Below are positions 9,155 to 23,900 of a stretch of DNA of 64,000 nt, in pieces. The stretch is from an uncultured virus (IMG/VR IMGVR_UViG_3300042473_000519) (lineage: Duplodnaviria > Heunggongvirae > Uroviricota > Caudoviricetes), in the IMG/VR virus record IMGVR_UViG_3300042473_000519; one strand, 5' to 3'. Below the pieces are notes generated by a model. The model was not told the origin of the DNA. It made no database searches and saw only the letters and a program-made list of their open reading frames with translations. Position numbers and translations under genes: made by a program. Numbering within the stretch: position 1 is the first letter of the stretch; each line of letters begins with the position of its first letter.

Positions 9155-11286
9155 TATATGACACCCGTAAAGATTATATAATTTATAGTTGTGTACGGAT
9201 TCATAACATTAACCGCAGTTCCCAATTGTCCCGCAATAACACTTCCGCTATTAGGTAAACCAGATCCAGTGCTTATATTTGGTAATCCTAATCCAGGAAC
9301 TGCGCTTGTATCACTTACTCCACCAGGCAGACCCGCTGCATAGTATTGGGCAGTCGCACTACTTAAATTATGTTTGTGATCCGGAAGATTCGACGTAGTT
9401 AATGCAACAGCTTGGCTACCTGAACCTGTTCCAATCAAATCCGCAGTAACATCGGTAACTCTGTTAGCGGCTGCTTCTGGTTGGCCGCTAATTTGTATTC
9501 CAATATCATCTTTGCTCGATACAACGCCGCCGTTATTCATGTTGTCACGGCCCAGGGGAAATCTTCCTCTAAAATCTGGCAATGCAAATGTTGCATATCC
9601 TTGTAAAGATATAGCTGCTTTGTAAGTGTATCCAATGACGCTATACAATACAGGATAGTCAGCGGTTCTTACTTCACTTCCATCGCATAATAAATATCCA
9701 GTCGGTACCACATTACCAGCAAACGGAAATATTACTCCCACCGGCACGGTTGCCACATGTTTGAGAAACACATCCTTTGTCATTCGAGATAAGTTAGACT
9801 CTCCTACTCGATATATTAACATTTGATCAGTAGCCAAAGAATCTGTTGCAGGATTTTTGTTACTGATAAAGTTCTGACTAAGTGTTGTATTAAAAATTGC
9901 AGTACCAAATGTACTCTGTCCAGTAAAACTCACAGGATCACTTGTAACATCGCCTGCTAAACTAAACACGGTCGGGCTGGCTAGACGAGCAGCTGAGCCG
10001 CTGATGCTACCTTCTAGCGTTCCTGTGAACGTTCCTGTAAAATTACCCACAAATGACTGTGCGTAAATGTTTCTAAATGATTTTGCTGAAGTACCAATAT
10101 CGTATATATTAGTAGTGCTTGGTAATAAAGCTGGGCCTGGTAAGGGCAAGCTAGTATTGCTATCAATCCAATTTAAATGTAATTGGCCGTTTATTGTAAC
10201 ATCGTCTCCCAATGTGGTTTTTTTACTCACTGCAAGTCCACCAGCAGTAATAATACTACCAGTAGTTGTGGATAATGAATCATCTTCTGATGTGACGTTT
10301 ATGCCGCCGCTTGTGGTGATGAGTCCAGAAACATCTAATGTTGAAGCAGGAGAGGTATTATTTGTACCAATACCTACTCTAGAATTTGCGGCAAGATGTA
10401 ATACTGTGATAGGAGTGTTATTGTCATTTAATCTAAAACTAACACTATTTCCACTGGCTTTGGAATATAACACAGTACTTGTACCATCAGAACCTGAACC
10501 AATGTTAAAGTTTAAATTGCTACCAACAGTAATACCACCATCTGCACGTATGCTTATTGGATAATTGGTAACGCTGGATATATCTGTTCTTAAAAAATTT
10601 GCAGCGGGTACTGTAGTGGTTCCTACTAATAAAGCATCTGCCTTTTCGGCTGTTCCCCAAATTCTAGATAGCGAATTAGTATTTGTTGAATCAGTTGAAC
10701 TGAGATTAAATCCTTGATTGATTGTCGAAAACCCTGTGACCGTTGACTTTGGTGTAAATGTTTCCTTGCTGATGATTGCTATTTGATAATCATTTGCATA
10801 CAAACTAATAACACTATGAGATACGTTATCAGTATCAACAATAGTATCGATCACCGGGCCTGTTAATTTACCTGAACTAAATTGTGGCCCTACTAATAAC
10901 CAATTGCTACCTGAAAATACATATAATTGTGCTGTTGTAGTATCAACCCACAGGTCTCCAGGATTACTGTTTGCGGCAGCTGGCACTGTTCCTGCTTTCT
11001 TAATTGATCCGGCTGCTGTCCAAATAGTTCCGTCGAATACTTTTAATAAACTTACACCTGTACTGTTATCATACCACAGTTGGCCTTCAACAGGATTGCT
11101 CGGAGGATTATTATTTGCAAAATTTTCTAATAAGTGCAAAAAACTTTTTGCAATTTCAGGAGCGTATCCAGCATAATTCTTACCTACAAAATTTAAACTT
11201 GTTTGTGTGTTAAGTGCTTGATCTTCAACTGTGATGCTTGGTTTGGCAGGATTAGTTGCATCAGTAAAAGTAACTTGATAGGCCAT
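9154..11286 (-). CDS. Tail fibre with tail collar domain
   Basis: Shared N-terminal domain and a C-terminal collar motif VPVGVIFPFAG..PTGYLLCDG..YPVLYSVIG..FALPDFRGRFPLG. Confidence 0.8.
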   Translation of the reverse strand: MAYQVTFTDATNPAKPSITVEDQALNTQTSLNFVGKNYAGYAPEIAKSFLHLLENFANNNPPSNPVEGQLWYDNSTGVSLLKVFDGTIWTAAGSIKKAGTVPAAANSNPGDLWVDTTTAQLYVFSGSNWLLVGPQFSSGKLTGPVIDTIVDTDNVSHSVISLYANDYQIAIISKETFTPKSTVTGFSTINQGFNLSSTDSTNTNSLSRIWGTAEKADALLVGTTTVPAANFLRTDISSVTNYPISIRADGGITVGSNLNFNIGSGSDGTSTVLYSKASGNSVSFRLNDNNTPITVLHLAANSRVGIGTNNTSPASTLDVSGLITTSGGINVTSEDDSLSTTTGSIITAGGLAVSKKTTLGDDVTINGQLHLNWIDSNTSLPLPGPALLPSTTNIYDIGTSAKSFRNIYAQSFVGNFTGTFTGTLEGSISGSAARLASPTVFSLAGDVTSDPVSFTGQSTFGTAIFNTTLSQNFISNKNPATDSLATDQMLIYRVGESNLSRMTKDVFLKHVATVPVGVIFPFAGNVVPTGYLLCDGSEVRTADYPVLYSVIGYTYKAAISLQGYATFALPDFRGRFPLGRDNMNNGGVVSSKDDIGIQISGQPEAAANRVTDVTADLIGTGSGSQAVALTTSNLPDHKHNLSSATAQYYAAGLPGGVSDTSAVPGLGLPNISTGSGLPNSGSVIAGQLGTAVNVMNPYTTINYIIFTGVI

Positions 11287-11289
11287 TTG

Positions 11290-11904
11290 TTAAACTCCAA
11301 CCAAGCCGGTTAAGCTCTGGATACGTACAGTGTAATCAATTTGAATAAGTCTGTTTAGGCTCTTTTGTACAGGGTGAAATACCACATGTGTCAGTAACAA
11401 ACTATTACCAGTGCTGCTAAAGCTCTTTAATCCCAATTCATCAAACACAAATGTGCCATTAGTAGCAGTTGCATTATCAAAAGCTAGTTGTCCTGAACTG
11501 TTGCCGTCGCCGTAGTCTAACAAACATGTAACAAATAAATCACTGTAATTGGTGCCAGTTACGTGCCTCACTTCGATATAATTCCTACTAGGATCCAAGT
11601 TGTTGCTGGAATTTTGATTCACAACTTTGGAATATGTTTGATTGTATAAACTTGCATTTGATCCCGAGCTATTTGGAGTCAAATATGTAATAATTCCAGT
11701 AGGATCGATTGCGGTGCCGCCATTGCCAAAAGCCATTTCGTAAACAAATCCGTTGCCGCTATCGGCAAGACTGTTGGCTAGGGCAATACTGATGTTTTCA
11801 TAATGAATGGCATTACGTTTATTAATAAAAATTTCCCCAGATTCCGGGTTATAAATTTTAATGTGCCCTTCTATGTGGATTCCAGTTGTTTCTTGACTCT
11901 GCAT
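11290..11904 (-). CDS. Baseplate/virion structural protein
   Basis: GHIKI..KRNAIH..MAFGNGG..FDELGL..LLTHVVFHPVQKS..IQIDYTVRI. Lies between the wedge and fibre genes. Confidence 0.6.
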   Translation of the reverse strand: MQSQETTGIHIEGHIKIYNPESGEIFINKRNAIHYENISIALANSLADSGNGFVYEMAFGNGGTAIDPTGIITYLTPNSSGSNASLYNQTYSKVVNQNSSNNLDPSRNYIEVRHVTGTNYSDLFVTCLLDYGDGNSSGQLAFDNATATNGTFVFDELGLKSFSSTGNSLLLTHVVFHPVQKSLNRLIQIDYTVRIQSLTGLVGV

Positions 11905-11924
11905 AATGATCTCTCTTTATCGTG

Positions 11925-11932
11925 TATTTATT
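11925..11932 (-). promoter_or_regulatory. T4-type late promoter (AATAAATA)
   Basis: Intergenic, upstream of 11904. Confidence 0.6.
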
Positions 11933-11952
11933 CGTTTATATAATGTGCTAGT

Positions 11953-14900
11953 TTATTGCACATCGGGGATAGCATTTTCAGCGTACCAAGTACCCGGAGT
12001 TGCTCTTAAAAACTCGGCAATCTTGCTGTTATCGTATTGAATGTTAGTCTTGCTATCCCAATCAATTCCATTACGTTTAATAATTGTAATACGGGTTCCA
12101 AAAGATAGCTTGTGTGTCAATCGAATCGCAGAAGATGTGCCATCAACTGAAAATTCCGCATCTAATTTAATATCTCCAAGAGGACTATTTGGTGCGTTGT
12201 TTTCGTTATGCATCTCGTACGGAGATTTTTTTAATCTGATATTTCCAACAAAGAACGTCCAGTTAGTGATATCATTTTTAAAATTACTTGTACTAGTGTG
12301 TTCAGTCATACATTTATATGTATAACTACCTAATGTTACTATTATACCAGGAAGATATGTTACATTAGGTAGCCAATTTACGCTAGTATCATAGCCGCCA
12401 ACAAATACTTCAATTTCATCACACTGGCCGTATCCCACAGGTATTGTAGTGTCGTACAATTTCCAATAGGTTGTGTTTGTCGGAAGTATAGTTACAATGG
12501 AGTTGAATACATAAGATTTTACGTTTACGTAATATAAACTATTGTAGATTACAACATCGTTTGCATTATAACCGCCTGCAATATTATAATTTCCTGTTAG
12601 TGTAAATCCAAAATTAGTAAACCACTGTTCAATGCTGGATTTAGCAGGTACAAAATTCAACGGAATGACAATACTTTCTCCGTCCGATATTACTTGCTCA
12701 ACCATTGACGAATCAACATATGGTATAGATTCTGTCGGGCCTATTTCCTGAACATACGTACCAGCTTTGTGTACTATTGGCGTTCCTGTTCCTAAAGTTC
12801 CTCGACGTAATTTACTTAATACATTACCGTCTAGTCCGTAAAACTCAATTCGTTCGCCTCGAATTTCAATAATACCTGGTTTATTTTTAAGTGTGTTAGG
12901 TTTATCAAAACTATCAGCGTTTTCGACTTCGATAGTTCTGTCATTAAATTTTAAATCAGTTACTAATACTGTTCGTTTGTTTAGGCTTAGGCGTTTGTAA
13001 TGTACACGATTCAGCATATCTTTAAATTGCATATAAGAAATACCAGCCATTAATATATTACTGCCAAATGTCATTAATGTGATTTTATCATCAATCGAAG
13101 GTTCGACAGTAAGCTGTATGCTTGTACGGCCTTCATTTAATTTATAATCTACGCTAGGAACAAGTATAGTTTCATTTTGAATGACCCATACGTAGCTATC
13201 ACTGATAACAGCACGATCTAATACTAATGTTCCGTTAGTAATTCCTTTATAAGAATAGTATTCAACAGAATCAGGTGTTAATGAAAGATTAGAAGACACT
13301 GTTAACATTGTTCTTTCAATGTCTAAAATATCATGTTTATAAGAACTAATAACTTCTACAACATCTAAATTAGAATATGATTCAGTAAATGTAATTTGAT
13401 TTTCAGCCGGGCTGTACGAATAACCTTGATCGGCAGTAACACTTACTACTAAAGTTTGTTTTGCATATTGAGAATAAATTAATTTATTAATTTTAACAGT
13501 TATACCACCCAAATCAATTGTATAATCTGATCCAAGATTTAATCGTGTACTGCCGACATAAACAAAAATATTAGTAATTGCAGTTGAGTATGGGATTACT
13601 TTTGTTGGATCAATTGTATAATTTAATCGATTATTTGAAATTGTAAAATAACTATTAACTGGGCCTGCGACAATAGTATTATTAACACGAACCACCATAT
13701 TTGATTCGTTAGGCAGTGCATCTCCAATTTTATATTCTAGAGAGTATACACTGGATCCGTTGGTAACTATTCGTTCAGTTTTTGTCACAGCAAACGATTG
13801 TTGATCACCTGCAACAATAATAAAACTTAACAATGCTCCAGCCTCAGGAGCAACTCCAAATCTCATAGCCACGCGATTAACACTGTTATAAGTGTTATCA
13901 GTTTTGAATATATCAGGAGTGACTGGAATTCCGTCAACATAAATCAATGCAGTTGTAGATTCTAACCAAGGTGCTCTAGTAATAAATTCCTGGGTTGTAC
14001 CGTCTCCCACAAAATAGTCAATATCCAATATATTACTTCCGCTGAATCCAATGGTGTAGGTTGTTATTATTGTTTCAGCAGCTGGTGCAATATCAAATAT
14101 AACTTGTCTATTTCTATAATCAATAGTATAATCTGTTCCACTAGTTTGTAAATCTGTTCCTTTACGTACTATCACTGCTTCGGCAGTATTTGGCTGGAGC
14201 GATAATTTAAATGTTGTGGTGTCACCGTCTGCAATAAAATTGTCTACCATAATATTAGCAGCACCGGATGGTGGTTGGTCGTATACTTTAATAGCAACTG
14301 CATCAACTACTTGTCCAGGTACCACTTCTTCAGGTGCTGGACTAGTTGTTGGCGAAATTAAATCATCACCATCTAAAATAATATCATCTGATAATATGCC
14401 AGTTGCACTGGTAAAGATGCCAGTGCTATAGTTGCCGGTGAACTCTCCGCCACTTAATGCAGTATCATAGTCAGTATCTTGTGATTTAATCGAGCCGTCA
14501 CTTGTACTTCTACGTAAGATAATAGTGTCATTATCGTTGATTGCATAATCGTTTGGTATACTAACAGTTTGTGTAATATTGCCAGTGTAGGTCGGCGTAG
14601 TCACTACTGCTGTGGTAATCGATTGTTGTGAAGTACCATAGTCTGGATCGTCTAATCTAAACGGTCCAAGATTTCCAGTTATTTTTATTATACTGCCAAC
14701 ATCAGCTGGTTCTTTTAATGTAATAATTCCGGCTGTGTAAATGTTAACATTGGTTGGGATTATTAAATCTCGACTAAATTCTAATGCAGTTCCTGGTAAA
14801 AGATTTTCATATATAATTTGATTAAGAATTACGCCAACATCTTCTACAATTTCTGTTACAACTGTCCCGTATCCAAATGCTGATACAGATGTAGTTTTAA

Positions 14901-17900
14901 TAATGTCTCCAACTGATATGCCGATTGTTGACGCCATTTGCACAGTGAATCCGCCTCGTATACTGCGGGTAAAATGCAATGTACCGTTTGGCTCGCTATC
15001 GGCTTTGGCGCTGATAGTTAAAGTTGTTGCGTTTACTCTTTCTATTACAGTTTGGCCAGATGTAAATCCCGTTCCTATAATAATCATACCAGCATCAATG
15101 CCGGCGGTGTTTACTACCTTAAGTGTTGTAGTTGTATAAACAGTAGCTGAATCGTAATTGGAATCGACGCCGGCTGATGTAGTAGGATACACCACAGAAA
15201 CAGTTGGATTATTCTTGTTTACATTATAAGAATATACTAACTGGCCTGCAACTGCTTCGTGAGTTTCTATATCGTATTTTGTATGATATATATTAATTTC
15301 AGATCCAACCGGCCATGTTGTTGGTAGAGAATCTGCTGGGTTTGATGGAAAAGTATGTGTGTCTGCACTAACTACAGCAATGTAATCGTCAAATGTTGAA
15401 TCAACTGAATCCCATTTGTCTGTAAAGTAAGGTAGTACTCCCCAGCCTGTGCTTATATCAAATCCTAATCCAGTAACAACAACTCCACCATAATCAATAC
15501 CTGTCATCAACTGACTTAAATCATTTCCAATATCGCCTTCTTGTGGATTGTAGAGATAATTAATTCGATCAGCGGCATTTAGTAGAGCAGCATTTTTCTT
15601 ATAAGTTACAGAGACACTGCCAGTCGGAGCAGAATCAAATATAATTAATCCTGAATACGCTGTACTTCCGTTAGTCTTGGTCGACACAACCGATAGCTTA
15701 TAAGAATCACGTAATGCAGTAACTCCAGACACAGTAACAATTGACGAGCCAATTGTGTTATCAGGCGCCCATGTTAAAGGAAACTGTAATCGAGCACCGT
15801 TAGGACTAAATGTTTCAGTTTCTTCTAAATGTGTGACATAGTAAGTTTGTGTTATTCTATCAAACTTTATTTGAATTAAATTTGACCTCGGTAAACCTTT
15901 TCCTATAATTGCAATTACTTGGGCAGACGTTCCAGTTGTAAGTATACCGCCGTCAATAATAATCGTAGGGGCTGACAAATATCCACTGCCCGGAGTTAAT
16001 AAAATAATACGATTAATTATTCCGTTAGAGAAAAATGCCCTGGCTTTAGCTCCAGATCCAGAATCGCTTATAATACGAACAACGGGTTCAGTGATATATC
16101 CGGATCCTCCGTTAATAATCTTTAATTCAGTAATAACAAATCCTAGATTATCAACCCAATTTTTCCAAGGGTATGAATTAAACGCAGAATCAAGAGTCAC
16201 TAGCGATCCTTGACTTACATACGCATCCATTGTTATGATTTTATTATTTTTATATCGAGGAGGTACATCAAAATCTGAGATTAAAGAACTGCTTAATTCT
16301 CTATTTTGATATGAGCTTACGTATTCTCTAATTTTTGTTTTGTAAGGTTTAACTTCGGCAATATATTCCTGATAGTCAGCTAAATTATCGTTTATATAAG
16401 TGACTGGCTGATCTAAGAGTCCAACATTATGTCGTGCTTTGATAAAACTTGATTTAAAAATCCAATCAATGTATATTTGTTCACTAAGTGCATAACGCAC
16501 AGTTGTAAAGAACAAATCTAAATATTTTACTTTTAATTCATCAACTAATATATCATCTTTTAATGCATTCAAAATAATACGTAGTTCAGTTGTAGGTGAG
16601 TTATCGAATACAGCACTGTCGTATGTTGAGCCGTCATATCCCTCGTCTGTACTAACAGATTCGTAAATAGACGAACTAAATTGTATTGTTCCGTTACCAA
16701 TTCCAACAACATTATACGATCTAGTATAATCAAATAAATCATTATTAGCATACTTTTCTACAAGTAACCAGTTTCCAAAACTTGTATTACGGATTTTAAC
16801 TATTTGTCCTATCTCTACAGTTATAGAACCTAATTCTGCTAACGTGTTAACTGCATAGTCAGCAGCCGTAAATTGACTGTATCCCTTGGCAAACCAGTCA
16901 ATATAATACCAATAGTTTTGTGTATTGTAAGTTTGAGATTGTAGTCTAGACCATACTTTTTCTGTTGGTTCGTAGCTGTATAGGGCCCATGCTCCTAGGG
17001 CTTGACTATCACTGTATATTAGTACAGAATAATCTCTTACAGATGCAATGGTATTATTATCATAACCTTCACCGGGCGACAGCACTGTTACTCCAGTTAT
17101 TTGGCCAACAGCATTGATAATAGCACGCACCTTAGCACCAATGCCTGAACCAATAATGTTTATATACGGTGCTTGTACATAGCCTCGGCCGGCAAATTGA
17201 ATATCAAGCCCGGTTATCTTACCGTCGACAATTATAGGATTTCCAAATATAGGACGTTTATACGCACCAACATTCACAAATCGGATTTCTGCATCTGTAT
17301 TCTCTGTACTATCGTAAAGCCCTGTGACTAAACTTGGCGGAGTATCGTATAGTTTTAACTTGGATATATCACGAGTAGTAACTATTTGCTCGTCTTTTAA
17401 TGTTAGATTAACTTGTTCAACAAATTGTTTTAATGCTTCAAATCGATTAACAAACATACTTTGACGCGGACGATTTTCTATACCATAACGTAATTTTGGA
17501 GGTAAGGATACATCCGGAATTTCTCTACCAGCTAGATCTTTTCCACACAAACTGTCAAACCATTTTAACTCAATTGAAGCAGGTAATACTGTACCAGCAT
17601 CGTTGTTAATAATTTTCCATTGACTATGTACATTAGTGTTAATATTATCAGTTGTCCAGTATTCAACTGATAGTACAACTTCAGTGTCTTTTAAATATTG
17701 TTTTGAATTAACTAGACTAAACGAATTAGTACCAGTTAGTGCCATGTAAGTATAGCCTTGGCCACGTGGATTCTCTATTAGACTTGCAACATCCTGTGCC
17801 GATAAGTGTCGACCAGATACATTAGGAATAGTCTTTTTATTCTTAATCCAATAGTAATATGTATTCCTAAAAGATTGGCTAATAGAATCATAACGCTGCC

Positions 17901-20900
17901 TTAGTGCGTATACACTATTTCCATACAGTGAAGTTCCACTGATACCTGCGGCAATACCCTCTTCGGTATCAGCAAGTTTATTCCATGCCTCCGGAAGTAA
18001 TGTAGTTTCAATCCACTCGTAGATATCAATACTTGCACCAGTTGCCAATGTATTCCATGTGTTGGTCCGGTACATTACATCTGAGTCGTAGCTGTTAATA
18101 AATTTAGCGGTACGTAGATCCCACCATAATCTACCAACTTGTGATTTGTTCCAAGGAGAATCGGCATCAACATTAACATTTCCAGTTCCCACAGAATAAA
18201 TTGCAGGATCATAGAATGATTGGTACTTAATTTCTCCCGCGGCAGGACCGGCTGGACGATTCTGTGCAACATCAATCAAATCAAGATATGTTAATAACTG
18301 TCCTGATACTCGATTGTATAAGAAGGCTTTTCTGATTTTTTTAACATCAGGTTTATCAACTTCTTGATACTTAATTTTCCAACTGTTAGTGCCAGGAGGT
18401 TTTAGATAATCGAAAACTTTTCCTGAAATTAAATTACGATCCAATGCATAAGGTGCACCTACAATTACCCTGTCGTTACCAACTGCAAATCCAATTCCAT
18501 AACCATCTCGAACTTTTAAAGTATTATTAAGTGTTTCACTGTATACCCAATTATTCAAATACTTGTCATAGATATCAACTCGGCCGCTATCTACATTAAT
18601 CGAAACAAATCTTGTAGAATCTTTGTCAAAAGTAGTAGCATGTTCGTTTCTATCCGATGTTGGGTCGTTTACATACGTAGATGTTAGTATGTTATCATCA
18701 GCATCTATATACGAGAATGTTGGTAGGGTGGTTGCATATTGATCCAACGATGTCTTTATGATAGTATCTTCGTATGAACTATAAACTACAAGAGTATTAC
18801 TGCCGTTCATAAATGCAACTCTGCTACCAAAATATCCAGACTCTTCTGCTTTGTGATTTACAAGTTCTTGATAAGAAGTATATCCCGAAGATGTTTTTTT
18901 GTATACAGTAACCTTTCCTTGGAATTGTTTATTACCAGATGCTAAACTATCACCTATAACAAAGTAAGATGCATCTGATGATAATGAAATGCTATTGCCA
19001 AAACTAGTAGTAGTTCCTACTAGAAGTTGTTGAGTAGCGTTGGGGCCAGGATTAGTAATAATAAGAATTCTTCCAACCGTTTCTCCGTTATTTGACGATA
19101 TTACCAAAGTATTATTATCAGAACTAATTGCCAGTGTACTACCAAAATTAGCATTTGCAACGGTGCCTTCATATGACGGTAGATTTTTATCATATCCCCA
19201 GCCTACTAATGAAAAACTAATTTTTCCACTTGGTGTACTGTCAGCTGGAGCACTGATAGTTAAACTTGTTCCGTTGCTTGACACTTCGACTACAGTTTGG
19301 CCGCTGGTAAATCCTTCTCCGCTAATAATCATTCCAGGCAAAATACCAACAGTTGGATTTACAATTGATCCTACATCTTTTGATAATGCAAGTGTAGTAT
19401 CTGAACTGCCGACTGGATTGTAATAGGCAGTCTTATATTCAGTAGTAGTATATTGCAGTTTATAAATCTTTCCGGCATTGACATTATAGCCAGATGCCGC
19501 AATATACAACACGTTGTTACCAAATACTAAATTAGAACCAAAATGTTCGTAATTAGCGGGTGTTGGGCTGACAATAGAATTAACTATTGTGAATACATTG
19601 TTTGAATCTTTTTTGTATAATGAAATTACACCTTGTTCGATTAAGCCGCTGTCTTGTCCAGGAATAAGAGTTACCGGAACATATAATAGTTTTTTCCAAA
19701 CATTGCCATTACTAAATGTTGCAGACGGAGTATTCGCAAGAGCTTCGTAATAATATGTATCTCCAGAATTATATGCAATATCACCTATTACATAAGGCCC
19801 TGATATTTTAATACGTGTATATACATTACTGGCTAATTTTGATCCAGTTGCCAGCCACTGGCCGTCGTATGATATAGCAGTTACAGTAGCAATATTTTCA
19901 GGCAAATTACCAGCTGGGCCTGCGAGTGTTCCAGTTCCAGCAACACTGGAGATATACGGACGCTGTACATTTTGTCGTTGTAACCATGGAGATTTATAAC
20001 CGGCTTTATCCCAAGTTTGTAATTCACCCAATATAGTAGAAATAACAACCAACGTTCCTTGTTGATTGGACGTGATATATCGACCGTAATTCAATAAACT
20101 TGCAGGACTTGAATTAGTCAATTCGGTTGTTTCATAAATTGGAGTGTATTCCCAAGACGCCCATTTTCCAGTTCCGATATCGTCAGTCCATATCTGTTCT
20201 CCTAATTCTAAATTAGAAGTAATAGATTGGTCAATCGTATCAATAGACGATAATCGGCGGCTGATTAATACATTTACATTTATTTTAAGTATTAACGCAG
20301 GAACAAGTTGCTGACTCCAGCCTTTAATAGTTATTGAAATAGTAAATTTATTCTGAGATACCGATGCAACTTTATAGAATCCATTCAATAGTGGAGCTTG
20401 GGATAATCCGATATATTCTCCAACTGCTAATGTTAGTAGTTCTGTAGTAGTCACAGTTAGTGTTGTAGATCCAGAATCGTATTGAAGATCACTTACATTA
20501 ATATTAGAATTGGTAAATTGATAAACGTTCCAATCATTCTTTTCAAAAGTTACCCATACATAACACTTATTGGTAAATGTTGTGATATCGTAAGATGTTA
20601 TATCGCTAAGATTTTTCAAAGTTAAAAATACTTCAGACGACCTTACATAACCAGCACTACGTAAAAAAGGTCGATAATTATTAACAATTGGCCACGGATT
20701 ATTATTATAACCCATTGGTTTTAAATATACCTGATTGGCATTTTGTCTTATAATAAAATCAGTAAGGCTATTTGTTGTATCTGATAACTCATATCCTTGT
20801 GGATTGTTTTTAACAGGTGCTTCGTCTAATATAAATTCTATGTTATCAAATGCAGAACTGGCTCCGTATTGGCCTGCACGTAATGCCCATTCTTCATAAA

Positions 20901-23900
20901 ACGTTAAACTATCTTGGCCTTCTGCACTTAATACGTCAAATAGTTTATTAAGACTATTTTGTGTACCTTTTTCAATTATCATGCCTTGATAAAATTTAAA
21001 TTCGCTAACATCATTCTGAATAATGTTTTCGAGGTATTGACGTTTTTGATATCCAATCAAATGTTGGGCCATTTTTTGTTGATTACTATCAAAGTTATCA
21101 CTATCAAGACTATAAAAATCTTCAAATTGAGCTGCTTTGTAAGACCAATTTGGCAATAACTGGGTAGTTGGTTTCTTGTCAAGTTTGATCCAGTCTTCAT
21201 CTATAAATGACTGAGACCCTATTAAAAACTTGCTTGCAGTATAAAAGAATTGTTTGTACTTAACAATATCTCCCAAGTCGTAATCTTGCCAAGCTGTCCA
21301 GTTTTGAATTTTTGCAATATCAAGAATAAATCCAGGTATGTCTAGACCGCCGTACCAGTCATTGCTGACATAGCCAGCAACTTTAATTCTGTCTTGTTTA
21401 TAACCAGTTGTTGGGCTATAGATAGTATCATTAAACATTGTCAAATTATCTAACAATATCACATGTTCGTGTTGTATTAAATAAAAACTTGCACCGTATA
21501 TACCATCGCTAGTGCGAGAGCTATAACTCACTGCATTATCTTCTCTATAAGAATTAATAAGAAGTGCTTCTAAAGGTGTGCCGTCAGCTTTAAAAATTTC
21601 ATACCCGTTAAACGGATTTCTGATATCATCAATAACACATAAGTTTGCATTAAAAATTATCTTATCTGCGGCAGGGCTAAGACTAATTACAGGACTGCCG
21701 ATACTGCTTAATCCATCAAGTTTAACAAATAATTCTTCATTAAAAATTGGGTCAGCTTCTACTTTCCTAAGTGCCTGATAATAATCGCCATTGTACTTAA
21801 CAACGTTTCCGTATTCTACTGCATCCACGGGGCTCCAATCAACCCATTTTTCTTGTCCCGTTGACCAGTTTTGTGTAGTCCAGAATAAAAATTCCTTTGC
21901 ACTAGTTTCCCAATTGGTAACTGCATTCAATGTTGTATTAAAATCGTCAAAGATAAATCCTTGATCTTTTAACCATTCGCCGTACCCTACTAAAAAGTCA
22001 ACAACTTCTTGAGGAGATGCAAATCTAGTTCCGTATGGAATGGTAATTGAAGATTCTCTGTCCCATGTTTTTCTTAAAATAGCATCACGGCCGCCAACAA
22101 TAGGCAATGACGATAATGATTTAAAATTATTAAGATTAAAGCTATCAGTTGACAAATGAGATATAGTTGTTCTATAAAATTTATTAGCAAATTTAACTAC
22201 TTTGCCAGCAACATAATTTTGATTAATTTCCCAGTTGGTAAAACTTTCTGAGATTCCTCCTACATTTATTGTTATTCCAGATTGTAAAAAGTTATATATT
22301 TTAAAGTACGGCTGAGTTTTACTGTAGCCTTTTACTTCGTATTCGGAGCTAGATATTTTAGTTATAATAACTCCACTATACGTAATCTTACGTACTGGGC
22401 TGGAAACATTTAAAATAGTAGTATAATTTTCTGGAGGAACAAACACACTCCCTTCTGATAATGGAGACTTTGAATCTAATAATAAATTAAATTTTTCTTT
22501 GCTAGTAAAGCCGGCAACCCGATAACTCAATTGGGTTTTAATGTTTGATAAATCATATTGATAATCATCATAAGATTTTAAATTATCGCTTAAAATATAA
22601 TTTACAATGTAATTTAAAATTCCCGAAGTTTGTTTTCTTGTCGTACTAGAGTATATACTAGGAAGTGTAATATCAGCCGGCGTAGCACGGAGTCCAGTAT
22701 CTTTATAAATTAGTTGTCCAGTAAGATTCCTTACAATATTAGACCTATCGAGTAATATTCCAAATGTTTTCGACGGAGTTGATAGCATTGAGGTTAAAAT
22801 AACACTAAATGCATAATAACTACTGCGTCTCCATGTTGATTCAACTGGACTAATATCTCCAAATATAAAACCGTCTGTAGGACGAGCAGTCAGTGGAGTA
22901 CTTGACAAGCCTGCGGCAAGCGGGCTAATAAGATTTCCAAATTCGTCAACTGGAATATGATTTATTAAAAACGGCTTTGCGTATTTTTTTAAATACGTTG
23001 TTGGTACATTTGGTTCGCGTACTGCACCTTCTGAAATATCTTGCCACATTACTCGATTGTCACGAGTATAAGGTGCAGGCCCGTATACTTCTTGCCACCA
23101 CAACGGTTCAATAGTAAAGCCTAACATTTCCCACGGACACAACTGCGGACGTTCGGTATCTAAAATCCAATGATATATACCTTTCCAATAGCCAGGCAGG
23201 CGGCGGCCGTCAGGAGCATTGTGTCCTGTATAATTAAATGTAAATGAGTCGTCTTTATTATAATTGAGAGGTTTTGTAAAATCTCTATCGATTAAACTTG
23301 ACCATTTATAAAAGCTAGGTGCAAGGATTTCATTAAATTCAGTTAAACTATAATCGGTTGTTCTATTATAACTAGGAATAACATCTGCAATATCAAATAT
23401 AGCAGTGTCATACGAAATTTTTATATTGTTAAAAATACGTTTTTCTAATTCTAATATTATGTTATCTCTATAGTCATTATAGGCTAATATCTGGCTACCA
23501 TCATGGCCTTGTATTATCATACGAGGAGTTCGTAAACTAGTATCAAGATAAAGTTTAGGTTCGTATTTAGGCCACATACCTAATTTTGTAGGAGTTTCTG
23601 GAATAAAGCTACCGTCAGTACTATCGTATTCGTAAATTGAGATAACATCATTCTCTAATAATGTAGCAGAAATATTTACAAATCCTTGGCTATCAAATGT
23701 ATAATCTTTTGTATGTATTAATTGTACACCATTCAAGTATACACCAACTGCTTTATTAGACAAGTTGTCTAAATTAAACACATTAGTAAGAGGATAGAAT
23801 TTTATTCTACCATCTATTACAGTGATGTTGTTTTTGATGCTTGCACGATAAGGAACCATATCACTAAAATAATATGGGAAATTGACGGGTTTGTCTTTGT

